From Candidatus Peregrinibacteria bacterium CG2_30_44_17 (lineage in GTDB: Bacteria > Patescibacteriota > Gracilibacteria > UBA1369 > UBA12470), in contig MNZJ01000012.1 in NCBI GenBank assembly GCA_001873565.1, forward strand, positions 439-64,438: a stretch of DNA of 64,000 bases. Direction: 5' to 3'. The translations under genes and the position numbers were made by a program. Shown here piece by piece: positions 52,895 to 61,777 of the stretch. Each line of letters begins with the position of its first letter. Position 1 is the first letter of the stretch. The notes under the pieces were generated by a model. That model was not told the DNA's origin. It did no database searches and saw only the letters and a list, made by a program, of their open reading frames with translations.

Positions 52895-53158
52895 TTATAG
52901 TTTTATTATCTCTTGTGCGAGCTTCTCCGTTTGGGCGTGGCTACCGCCAAATGCGTAATTTTGTGAAACCTCGCCACGTGCGTTCACCACCCTATGACAT
53001 GGGATGTTTTGTGGATCAGGGTTCCTATGTAAAATATTTCCTACGGCTCTCGCAGCACGCGGACTTCCTGCCAGACGTGCTACTTGCCCGTATGTCATTG
53101 TTTGTCCGTATGGTACGCCGCGGACTACTTCATAGACTCTTTGAGAGAATTTATCCAT
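52895..53158 (-). CDS. ogt: Methylated-DNA--protein-cysteine methyltransferase, C-terminal (DNA-binding/active-site) domain only
   Basis: 87 aa: VPYGQTMTYGQVARLAGSPRAARAVGNILHRNP...IPCHRVV carries the PCHR active site. Confidence 0.8.
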   Translation of the reverse strand: MDKFSQRVYEVVRGVPYGQTMTYGQVARLAGSPRAARAVGNILHRNPDPQNIPCHRVVNARGEVSQNYAFGGSHAQTEKLAQEIIKL

Positions 53159-54441
53159 TTTATAGCTGTGCGTTTGTTTGTGATTTCACCGCCGAGTTGT
53201 TTCTCATGGAGCTCTTCCATAATCTCGCCAAGCTTGGGGCCAGGCTTTATATTGAGGAGCTTCATTACTTCGTCTCCGTCGATGAGTTTTTTTGGCTCTT
53301 TGGCGATCTTCTTCTCGGCCTTCTTGTATAGAGCTTCGAGCTGATCATACATCGAGTAATCGCTTGGATCCGTCCCTGTGATATCCGCTTTGAATACCGT
53401 CATCAAGACGGGAAATGCGGGTTTTTTGAACCATTTCATGCGGGTTCCTGCGTTCATCTCTATAATCTGCTTCATATTGAAATGATGCTCGATGGCAAAA
53501 CATACACGTTTTATGAAATATTTTGGGAATTTGAGACGACGAAGGATTGCCTCGGCCATCTCGGCTGACCTCTCGGGATGGCCATCGTAACGTATGCGTT
53601 CTTTCTGCGCGAATGTTTGGGGCTTGGCGACGTCGTGGAGCATCACCGCCCATTTCTCTTCGAGAGTTGCGGTCTTCGGCACAGACCTGAGCGCCTGCAT
53701 CGTGTGATCCCACACGTCGCCTTCGTGATGGAACTCCACCGGTTGCGCAACACCTTTCAACTCCAAAAGCTCAGGCATCACATATCCAAGCACACCCGTG
53801 TCTTCCATATCCTCCCATCCTTCCACCGGATTGTCATCTAGCATTATTTTGTCGAATTCATCTCTGAGCCTTTCGCTGGAAACTTTGGCCGCTAGCGCTG
53901 CATGTTTTTTGATCGCCCTATACGTCTCAGGATGGTACTGGAAATCGAGGGTTGTCTTGAATCTTATCGCACGAACTATACGCAAATGATCTTCCAGTAT
54001 GCGCTCGTGCGGGTCCCCGATAAATCTTATAAGTCTGTCTTTGATATCTCTTTTGCCGTCTACAAAATCGAGAATTTGCTTCTTGATAGGATCATAAAAA
54101 AGCCCGTTGATGGTGAAATCTCTCCTTTTGGCATCTTCCTCGGGATGACTAAACGTAACCGCATCAGGTCTGCGTCCGTCCGAGTAGCCGCTATCAGACC
54201 GAAAAGTCGCTATTTCAAAATGGTGCCCGTTCACAATCGCCAAAATCACTCCGAACTCTTTGCCTATCGGGATCGTATGCTCGAGTAAATCCTCTATTAC
54301 GTCCGGCTTCGCGTTTGTAACGATGTCGTAATCTTTCGGCTCACGCATGAGTAAAATATCGCGTACGCAACCTCCAGCCCAAAATGCATCGTATCCGGCT
54401 TTGCGCAGAGTCTTTACTATTTTTATTGAGGTTTTCTCCAT
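53125..54441 (-). CDS. cca: CCA-adding tRNA nucleotidyltransferase with an HD domain
   Basis: AGYDAFWAGGCVRDILL...DYDIVTNA...FEIATFRSD...RRDFTINGLFYD head, then HD (MLHDVAKP). The ATG at 54441 is preferred. Confidence 0.88.
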   Translation of the reverse strand: MEKTSIKIVKTLRKAGYDAFWAGGCVRDILLMREPKDYDIVTNAKPDVIEDLLEHTIPIGKEFGVILAIVNGHHFEIATFRSDSGYSDGRRPDAVTFSHPEEDAKRRDFTINGLFYDPIKKQILDFVDGKRDIKDRLIRFIGDPHERILEDHLRIVRAIRFKTTLDFQYHPETYRAIKKHAALAAKVSSERLRDEFDKIMLDDNPVEGWEDMEDTGVLGYVMPELLELKGVAQPVEFHHEGDVWDHTMQALRSVPKTATLEEKWAVMLHDVAKPQTFAQKERIRYDGHPERSAEMAEAILRRLKFPKYFIKRVCFAIEHHFNMKQIIEMNAGTRMKWFKKPAFPVLMTVFKADITGTDPSDYSMYDQLEALYKKAEKKIAKEPKKLIDGDEVMKLLNIKPGPKLGEIMEELHEKQLGGEITNKRTAIKWINSLKESMK

Positions 54442-54509
54442 TTGGTTTGTGAGTTTTGTCTTTTTAGATTTTAATATACTGGCCTTGTTAAAGCAAAATA
54501 CTTCCACAC

Positions 54510-55475
54510 ATGAAAATTCTAGGAATCGAAACATCTTGTGATGAAACCGCTGTAGCTCTCGTTGAAAACGGGAGTCATGTCTCTAAAAATGTGATTTATT
54601 CGCAAATAGATATACATTCTCAAACAGGTGGTGTTGTGCCGGAAGTTGCCGCACGCGAGCATATACTAAAAATGGTTCCAGCCCTGAGCGAAGTGGATTT
54701 TGATGACGTAGATGCTATCGCTGTTACTGAGGGTCCCGGACTTATCAGCTCGCTACTTACCGGAACCGTGACAGCTTCGACTATTGCTTTGGTACTTGGG
54801 AAACCACTTATTCCGGTCAATCATATCCATGGGCATATTTATGCGAATTGGCTTTCGAGAGATATTGATGATTTCGAGTTTCCGATTGTGATTTTGACGG
54901 TTTCCGGAGGGCATAATGAGCTCGTTTTGATGCGAGGACACTTAGATTTCGAAATCATAGGCGAAACTCTTGATGATGCCGCCGGAGAGGCTTTTGACAA
55001 AGTTGCCAGACTAATCGGGCTCGGTTATCCCGGAGGGCCTGCAATTTCAAAAGCCGCCGAGAATGGCGATCCAAACAAGTATGACTTGCCGCGCGCATGG
55101 CTTTCCAAAGAGAGTTTGGATTTCAGTTTTTCCGGCCTCAAAACGGCTGTTTCGCGCTTGCCGATTTCCGATACTGCAAATGTTGCGGCGAGTTTTCAGG
55201 AAGCTGTTTGCGACGTCCTGTCCGAGAAGCTCAAACGTGCTGCCGAAAAATACGGAGCAGAAGAAGTTCATCTAGCCGGCGGAGTCAGTGCGAATAAAAG
55301 ACTTCGCGAGATGGTGAAGCAGCGGATTTCGCTCCCTGTAAAATGGCCTGAAAAAATCGAATACTGCACCGATAATGCCGCTATGATTGCGGCTGCCGGA
55401 TATTTCCGGTTCAAAAAAGATCCTTCCGCATATGCCGCGTGGAATAATATACAGGCTAAAAACAGGTTTACTTAA
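54510..55475 (+). CDS. tsaD: tRNA N6-adenosine threonylcarbamoyltransferase TsaD
   Basis: MKILGIETSCDETAVALV...HIHGHIYANW...SGGHNELV...LAGGVSANKRLRE. Confidence 0.93.
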   Translation: MKILGIETSCDETAVALVENGSHVSKNVIYSQIDIHSQTGGVVPEVAAREHILKMVPALSEVDFDDVDAIAVTEGPGLISSLLTGTVTASTIALVLGKPLIPVNHIHGHIYANWLSRDIDDFEFPIVILTVSGGHNELVLMRGHLDFEIIGETLDDAAGEAFDKVARLIGLGYPGGPAISKAAENGDPNKYDLPRAWLSKESLDFSFSGLKTAVSRLPISDTANVAASFQEAVCDVLSEKLKRAAEKYGAEEVHLAGGVSANKRLREMVKQRISLPVKWPEKIEYCTDNAAMIAAAGYFRFKKDPSAYAAWNNIQAKNRFT

Positions 55476-55531
55476 ATGCCTTATCTGGTACAATTAACTT
55501 TGCACTTTATTTTTGTAAACCTGATAAAGAT

Positions 55532-56875
55532 ATGTCTGATGACACGAATGATGGCGGCGTGAAGCAACAAAAACTCCAGACCCCGGTTGGGATTCATGAT
55601 TTACTCCCCGATGATCACGAGTATTTCACTTTTATAAAGAAGGTTGTACGTCATCGTGCCAGACAAGCAGGTTTTAAGCGTATTACTACTCCTATCCTTG
55701 AAAATACAGAAGTGTTTGCAAGGGGGGTTGGTGATGCGACAGATATTGTGAGCAAGGAAATGTATACTTTTGAAGACAAAGGTGAACGAAGCTTGACTCT
55801 CAAACCGGAAGGTACCGCGGGTGTTGTACGTTCTTATATTCAACATGGTATGAAAGAGTGGCCGCAGCCTGTGCAACTCTATTATATCGAGCCTCATTTT
55901 CGCTATGACAAACCGCAAAAAGGACGTTATAGGCAGTTTTGGCAGATAGGTTTTGAAATTATTGGCGAAAGCGATCCTGCTCTTGATGCGCAAATTATTG
56001 ATCTTGCGAATAGAATTAACGAAGATCTTGGAGTTGCTCATCTTTTCTCGATTCAGCTCAATAATATCGGCTGCCCTAAGTGCCGAGGCAAGTACAAAGA
56101 AGATCTTGTGAATTTTTATATCGGCAAAGAAAGATCGCTATGCGGCAACTGCCAAGAAAGGCTACACAACAACCCTTTGAGGCTTCTCGATTGCAAGTCC
56201 GAAGATTGTCAGATATTAGCTGAGTTGGCACCAAAATTTGATCAGTACAGATGTCCTGAGTGCGTGGATTTTTATACCAAGTTAAAAGGTTTCCTAGACG
56301 AACTTGCGATTGAATATGTTGAGAATCCTAAGCTCGTGCGTGGTCTCGATTACTATACAGGCACCGTTTTTGAATTCTGGGACAAGCATCAGGGTGCACA
56401 GAACGCTATTGGAGGCGGAGGTAGGTATGACGGACTCATAGAACTGATGGGCGGTCCTCCTACACCGGGAGTTGGTTATGCCTCAGGTATTGAGCGGATC
56501 ATACTTAATATGAAAAGGGAGAACGTAACCGTTCCATCCAAAGACGCTATACATATCTTTGTCGCTCAGCTTGGTGACGATGCCAAAAGGAAGTGTTTAC
56601 CACTTATGAATAAACTTCGTGACCGCGGTATCAAGACTGTTGGCGCGCTTGGGAAAGCTAGTATGAAAGCTCAGCTCAGGTTGGCTGACAAGTTCAACGT
56701 TCCTTACACTCTTATTATGGGCATCACCGAAGTTCGCGAAGGTGTTATTATAATTCGCGACATGGCAAAAGGGCAGCAACATACAGTATCCATGGACGAA
56801 GTTGTTGAGAAGGTAGCCGCCTTGATAGGCGAAGAGAATCTTGATAATTACTCACCCGGAGAGGCGATATATTAG
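55532..56875 (+). CDS. hisS: Histidine--tRNA ligase
   Basis: PVGIHDLLP, EMYTFEDKGERSLTLKPEGTAGVVR, YYIEPHFRYDKPQKGRYRQFWQ, GGGGRYDGL. The insertion carries Cys pairs (CPKC...CGNC...CPEC). Confidence 0.93.
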   Translation: MSDDTNDGGVKQQKLQTPVGIHDLLPDDHEYFTFIKKVVRHRARQAGFKRITTPILENTEVFARGVGDATDIVSKEMYTFEDKGERSLTLKPEGTAGVVRSYIQHGMKEWPQPVQLYYIEPHFRYDKPQKGRYRQFWQIGFEIIGESDPALDAQIIDLANRINEDLGVAHLFSIQLNNIGCPKCRGKYKEDLVNFYIGKERSLCGNCQERLHNNPLRLLDCKSEDCQILAELAPKFDQYRCPECVDFYTKLKGFLDELAIEYVENPKLVRGLDYYTGTVFEFWDKHQGAQNAIGGGGRYDGLIELMGGPPTPGVGYASGIERIILNMKRENVTVPSKDAIHIFVAQLGDDAKRKCLPLMNKLRDRGIKTVGALGKASMKAQLRLADKFNVPYTLIMGITEVREGVIIIRDMAKGQQHTVSMDEVVEKVAALIGEENLDNYSPGEAIY

Positions 56876-56941
56876 ACTGAAAGACACAGATAGTAAGACA
56901 CAGATAGCAGAAATATTTTTTCACTTTAAATTCACTTCAAA

Positions 56942-57289
56942 ATGAAAAACAAAATAATTATAGGATCTACGCTTTTGTTACTCTTAAGTGGTTGTGGCGG
57001 TGGTCCATACAAGGAGTTTGCTCAGTGTCTCACCGATGCCAATGTTGTCATGTATGGAACAGACTGGTGCAGCCATTGTGCGGATCAAAAAGCTATGTTC
57101 GGAGAAGATTTCGATTATATCAATTACGTAAACTGCGATTTTAATGCCGATGAATGCTCTGCTGCCGGCGTTTATGGATATCCTACATGGACAATCGACG
57201 GTGAACTTCTGGGCGCCGGAGTACAAACATTCCAAACTCTTGGTAAAGCTGCATCATGTACGGTACCCACTGTGGTTTTCGGTCAGTAA
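56942..57289 (+). CDS. Thioredoxin-fold lipoprotein (WCSHC active site)
   Basis: Lipobox LLLSGCGG, then MYGTDWCSHCADQKAMFG...GVYGYPTW, resembling the Trx-like domain partnered with VKOR/DsbB systems. Confidence 0.7.
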   Translation: MKNKIIIGSTLLLLLSGCGGGPYKEFAQCLTDANVVMYGTDWCSHCADQKAMFGEDFDYINYVNCDFNADECSAAGVYGYPTWTIDGELLGAGVQTFQTLGKAASCTVPTVVFGQ

Positions 57290-57307
57290 AAATTAAAAAT
57301 AAAATCT

Positions 57308-58639
57308 ATGAAGAAGATACTTGTATCCTTCATTTTGGCCCTCTTTTCATCTTCCATGGCTTTGGCGAGTTTTTCCGATGTCGAGAGCGGATATAGATAT
57401 TATGCCGCTATAAGCTACCTGGAAGCTAGCAGTGTTGTCGGTGGTTATAACGATGGCACATTCATGCCGGATCAGAGTGTGAATAGAGCAGAAGCGCTTA
57501 AAATGATCTTGTCAGGCACAAAAGTCGATTCGGACGAGCTTGAAACTTACGAGCTGCCTTTTTCCGACCTTGCCTCAAATGCATGGTATCTGCCTTATAT
57601 AAATACGGCTTATGATATGGGGATTGTATCCGGCTATAGCGACTCGACTTTTGCACCTGAGCAAACCGTAAATCTCGCTGAAGCTCTCAAGATGATTGCT
57701 TTGGCTTCCGATGCCGATTTGGATTATGAACTCTCGACAGACCCTTATGAAGATGTGTCTTCCGATGTATGGTTTGCCCCATACACTCAGTATGCGAAGA
57801 GCCTAAATTTGATTGAGCCGGAAGATGATGGTCTTCTGTATCCGTCTCAAACATTAAGTCGAGCTGAACTTTCCGAAATTATATATAGATTCATGTATGT
57901 TGATGAAAACAATCTCGGTCAATTTGATATCAGTCTGAATTGGCAGTCTTACCAGAACGAGCAAGGATACGAAGTTAAGTACCCTTATGGTTGGCAGGTG
58001 ATTACAGGTTCCGATGGTGGCATCGTTCTATGGAATCAAGATCAAGGCAACAATCAAGCCGGCTTCGTCAGACAGTATCCCAATTCGGCCAGCGTCAGTA
58101 TCTTTGTAAACGACAATAATGATGGCATGTCCGCCGAAAGTTTCTTTGAGGAAATCTCTTCTCTCGCGGAGTACGATGGAGATGTTTCGTTAAATGAATT
58201 AACTATTGATGGATTGTCCGCATTGCAGGTGTATTATCCCGGCGACGCGGAACCTATCATGGATATGTATGTGTACTTGCCTAACGAGACCGTACTTACC
58301 ATGCATGGCAGTTATGGCGATGGCGCTCTTTCGGAGTATTCTCATCAACAAATTTACGCGATGGAAGTTAGTGCTCGTTATGTTGAAGACGCCGTTACGA
58401 CAACAACCGATTGGGGAAATATTCTGGAAGAAGCCAGGTCTCTCATTATGACCGAGGATATGGGGAATTATGCTTTGTCTCTATTTGACGATCGTTACTT
58501 AATAGAGACCGATACTATCGGGGTTGGTACCGGGCCTGTTGATTATTATTATAGTGCCGGCGCTGATGTCACTCTCAAATACGAAAGGTCTTTTGATATG
58601 ATTCTCGATATCCAGAGCGGACAGACTACTGGGTTTTAG
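57308..58639 (+). CDS. S-layer homology (SLH) domain protein: three N-terminal SLH repeats and an unknown C-terminal domain
   Basis: FSDVESGYRYYAAISYLEASSVVGGYNDGTFMPDQSVNRAEALKMI, FSDLASNAWYLPYINTAYDMGIVSGYSDSTFAPEQTVNLAEALKMI, and YEDVSSDVWFAPY. Confidence 0.8.
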   Translation: MKKILVSFILALFSSSMALASFSDVESGYRYYAAISYLEASSVVGGYNDGTFMPDQSVNRAEALKMILSGTKVDSDELETYELPFSDLASNAWYLPYINTAYDMGIVSGYSDSTFAPEQTVNLAEALKMIALASDADLDYELSTDPYEDVSSDVWFAPYTQYAKSLNLIEPEDDGLLYPSQTLSRAELSEIIYRFMYVDENNLGQFDISLNWQSYQNEQGYEVKYPYGWQVITGSDGGIVLWNQDQGNNQAGFVRQYPNSASVSIFVNDNNDGMSAESFFEEISSLAEYDGDVSLNELTIDGLSALQVYYPGDAEPIMDMYVYLPNETVLTMHGSYGDGALSEYSHQQIYAMEVSARYVEDAVTTTTDWGNILEEARSLIMTEDMGNYALSLFDDRYLIETDTIGVGTGPVDYYYSAGADVTLKYERSFDMILDIQSGQTTGF

Positions 58640-59468
58640 AGCCTGTTTTGATCGGCCTTAAGAATACATATCCTGCAGCTATCAGGTACATTAGATAGCT
58701 CGTGAACTCAATTAGAGATGGGTTGCCGTTATATCCAAGTAGCGCTTTCAGGAAGCTTCCTATGGTACCGTTTTCATGCATCATAGGGTACACGCCTTCG
58801 GTAATTACCGCAGGGTTGATATTCCATAGTTCTTCAATGATAAAAGGTATTAATGCCGCCTCCTGCAGCTCGTGAACACCGTGTGCTATCAAACCTGCTG
58901 CGAAGAATATTAGAAGCATACTTGTTGCATTGAAGAAGTGCTTTAACGGTATTTTCTTCGTAGTTGTAAAAATTATGTATCCCAGAATAATCGCTACTAC
59001 AACTCCGAGTATACCGCTCCAGAATGGACTGCTCCCACCTGCGAACTCCGCTGCATTTAGGAAAAGGACTGTTTCGATGCCTTCCCTACCTACACTTAGC
59101 CACGTTAGCATGAAGAGTCCCCATGGATGGTTTTTCTCTACATGTACGTCTACTTGCTGCTTGATTTTTGAAGCTAGCTCTTTCTGCTGTTTCATCCAAA
59201 AGATCATGAAGCTTACCAGTAATGCCGCCGTTAACATGATAAATCCTTCGAATAGTTCTTCCGTCCTGCCTGTAAATCCTCCGAGATAGTTCTCAAATAC
59301 GTATGCCAAAATAACAGCTACTGTTATACCTGCCCCCATACCTAAGTACACTATATTGTTGTACTTGGTTGCTTTGGTATGCTTGAGGTAAGCTAGGATA
59401 ATTCCGACAATTAACGCCGCCTCCAGTGATTCTCGGAAAGTTATGATGAAAGATGTGAATGAGAACAT
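58626..59468 (-). CDS. efeU: FTR1/EfeU-family high-affinity iron permease
   Basis: Two REXXE-type motifs (FRESLEAALIVG and GREGIETVLF) in a 7-TM protein. Confidence 0.88.
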   Translation of the reverse strand: MFSFTSFIITFRESLEAALIVGIILAYLKHTKATKYNNIVYLGMGAGITVAVILAYVFENYLGGFTGRTEELFEGFIMLTAALLVSFMIFWMKQQKELASKIKQQVDVHVEKNHPWGLFMLTWLSVGREGIETVLFLNAAEFAGGSSPFWSGILGVVVAIILGYIIFTTTKKIPLKHFFNATSMLLIFFAAGLIAHGVHELQEAALIPFIIEELWNINPAVITEGVYPMMHENGTIGSFLKALLGYNGNPSLIEFTSYLMYLIAAGYVFLRPIKTGSKTQ

Positions 59469-59599
59469 ATGCTTATTGAGATTAATTATTATTAAGTAGC
59501 CTGTATCTTATATCGTTTCCTCCAAGATATTGCAAGGATGTACTAAGGCGTGTGCAAACGTTTGCATAATGGCATAGGAAAAGCGTATTATGTTGCTCC

Positions 59600-59791
59600 A
59601 TGTTTAAGAAAATCCTGATTTTGGCATCAATTGGCTTTCTGTGTGGCTGTACCGGCGACTATACTGTCTACGAACCTGTCTCCCCTCCCCTAGAGGGCCT
59701 GCAAGATACAAGTACTTTTTTTGATAGCGGATGGGAGCTTAATGATGCTATAACTGCAAATGCTGTTAACAATTTAATGAGTGAGCTATGA
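59600..59791 (+). CDS. Small hypothetical lipoprotein
   Basis: MFKKILILASIGFLCGCTG lipobox. Its stop overlaps the malic enzyme start (ATGA). Confidence 0.45.
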   Translation: MFKKILILASIGFLCGCTGDYTVYEPVSPPLEGLQDTSTFFDSGWELNDAITANAVNNLMSEL

Positions 59792-60909
59792 CATACGAAG
59801 AAGAATCCTTGAAGCAACATCGTGAGCACAAAGGGAAGCTTGAGATCTCTTCCAAGGTCTCTTTGGAAAACATGGCTGATTTGAGTACGCACTATACCCC
59901 AGGTGTAGCTGAGCCATGCCGAGTGATAGCCAAGGATCCCGAGGAGGCTTATAACCTTACTCCAAAAGGCAATATGGTTGCCGTAATTACAGATGGATCC
60001 GCCGTACTTGGTTTGGGGAATATAGGCGGTCTTGCAGGATTCCCTGTTATGGAAGGGAAATCCCTGCTTTTTAAGAAATTTGCTGGCATTGATGCTATTC
60101 CAATCTGTCTAGGCACTCAAGATACTGAGGAGATTATACGCACTGTTCTTAATATATCACCTCAATTCGGAGGTATAAATCTGGAGGATATATCCGCGCC
60201 AAGGTGTTTTGAAATTGAGAAGAGGCTTGATTCCGAGCTATCTATCCCCGTTTTTCATGATGACCAACATGGCACTGCGATTGTTGTGCTTGCAGGTCTT
60301 ATTAATGCGTTCAAGGTACTACCAAGGTCGAACCCCAAAATCGTCATTAGCGGAGCAGGTGCTGCTGGTGTTGCGATTACTAAGCTTCTCTATAAATACG
60401 GCTTTCATCATATAGTTGTTTGCGACAGTAGCGGCGCTTTACGCGGAGGTCGAGAGAGAATGAATGAGTCCAAAGACGACTTGGTTAAACTGGTTGGAGG
60501 CCATGATGGATCTCTGGCTGATGTACTGGTTTCCGCAGATGTATTTATAGGGATTTCTGCTCCCGGTATCGTGAGCAAAGATATGGTTTCTACCATGGCA
60601 AAAGACCCTATTGTTTTTGCAATGTCTAATCCTGACCCTGAAATTACATACGAAGATGCAAAGGCTGCAGGTGCTAAGATTATTGCTACAGGCCGCAGCG
60701 ATTATCCCAATCAAGTCAATAATGCTTTAGCTTTCCCAGGAGTTTTTCGTGGAGCACTCGACAATAGGGTGTCTTCTATTACCGATGACATGAAGATTGC
60801 TGCCGCGGAAGCGCTGGCCAACTTGATAACAGAGCCTACGGCTGATAAAATCATTCCGTCAATCTTTGACGAAGGAGTGATGGAGGCTGTTGCCGGGGCT
60901 ATTAAATAG
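59788..60909 (+). CDS. maeB: NAD(P)-dependent malic enzyme (short, MaeB N-terminal type)
   Basis: LSTHYTPGVAEPC, VAVITDGSAVLGLGNIG, MEGKSLLFKKFAGIDA, FHDDQHGTAIV, ISGAGAAGVA, ALAFPGVFRGALD. Confidence 0.9.
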   Translation: MTYEEESLKQHREHKGKLEISSKVSLENMADLSTHYTPGVAEPCRVIAKDPEEAYNLTPKGNMVAVITDGSAVLGLGNIGGLAGFPVMEGKSLLFKKFAGIDAIPICLGTQDTEEIIRTVLNISPQFGGINLEDISAPRCFEIEKRLDSELSIPVFHDDQHGTAIVVLAGLINAFKVLPRSNPKIVISGAGAAGVAITKLLYKYGFHHIVVCDSSGALRGGRERMNESKDDLVKLVGGHDGSLADVLVSADVFIGISAPGIVSKDMVSTMAKDPIVFAMSNPDPEITYEDAKAAGAKIIATGRSDYPNQVNNALAFPGVFRGALDNRVSSITDDMKIAAAEALANLITEPTADKIIPSIFDEGVMEAVAGAIK

Positions 60910-60957
60910 CCTTGCATACTCTGTTACCTGCTCTCTGTTATCTGTTAACTACTCATC

Positions 60958-61698
60958 ATGTCCGGACACAGCAAATGGAATTCCATTAAACACAAGAAAG
61001 GCGCCGCCGATGCAAAAAGAGGCAAGATTTTTACAAAACACGCCAAACTGATACAAATTGCCGCCCGAGGAGGAGGAGATCCCGAGATGAACCCGTCTTT
61101 ACGTCTGGCTATCGACAATGCCAAGGCGGACAACACACCCAACAACAACATTGAGCGAGCAATCAAAAAAGGTACTGGCGAGGATAAAGATGCAGCTCAG
61201 CTTCTGGAAGTTATTTATGAAGGTTATGGGCCCGCCGGAGTAGCACTATATATACAATGCGTTACCGACAACAAGAATCGTACTGTTTCCAATGTCCGTA
61301 CCATCTTGACGAAGAATGGTGGCAGTATGGGTGAAGCAGGGTGTGTCGCCTGGATGTTCAAACCGCAAGGTCTCATAGTGCTTAAGGTCGGCGACACAAA
61401 TAAAGACGAAGTAGAGCTTGCCGCTATCGATGCCGGTGCCGCTGACATAGAGTCCGATGACGATACTATGACCGTTTATACCGACCCCAGTGATCTCGGG
61501 AAAGTAGCCGCTTCCTTGCGTGATGCCGGCTTCAGCGTCGAGTCGCAAGAATTTACTTTTGTACCAAACGATACCGTCAAAATTGATGACAGTGAAAAGG
61601 CAAAAAAGATTCTCAAGCTTATGGATGCACTTGACGAAGACGATGACGTAACAAACGTATCGTCGAATTTTGATATTGAAGAGTCTCTACTGGATTAA
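60958..61698 (+). CDS. yebC: YebC/PmpR-family DNA-binding transcriptional regulator
   Basis: MSGHSKWNSIKHKKGAADAKRGKIFTK...NMPNDNIERAIKKG-like, then YEGYGPAGVALYIQCVTDNKNRT. Confidence 0.93.
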   Translation: MSGHSKWNSIKHKKGAADAKRGKIFTKHAKLIQIAARGGGDPEMNPSLRLAIDNAKADNTPNNNIERAIKKGTGEDKDAAQLLEVIYEGYGPAGVALYIQCVTDNKNRTVSNVRTILTKNGGSMGEAGCVAWMFKPQGLIVLKVGDTNKDEVELAAIDAGAADIESDDDTMTVYTDPSDLGKVAASLRDAGFSVESQEFTFVPNDTVKIDDSEKAKKILKLMDALDEDDDVTNVSSNFDIEESLLD

Positions 61699-61777
61699 GG
61701 TGTTTTTTGTGTATTGTATCTCGCTAGGGCATCGACACTTTGCCGTATGAACATCGTAATTGGTCTCTAGTGAGACG

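Noticed and set aside
55476-55531. T-box or other aminoacyl-tRNA synthetase leaders upstream of hisS (and thrS)
   Set aside because: The hisS upstream region is only about 55 nt, too short for a T-box. No specifier-loop or T-box consensus (AATTAGGGTGGTACCGCG-like) was seen upstream of either gene.
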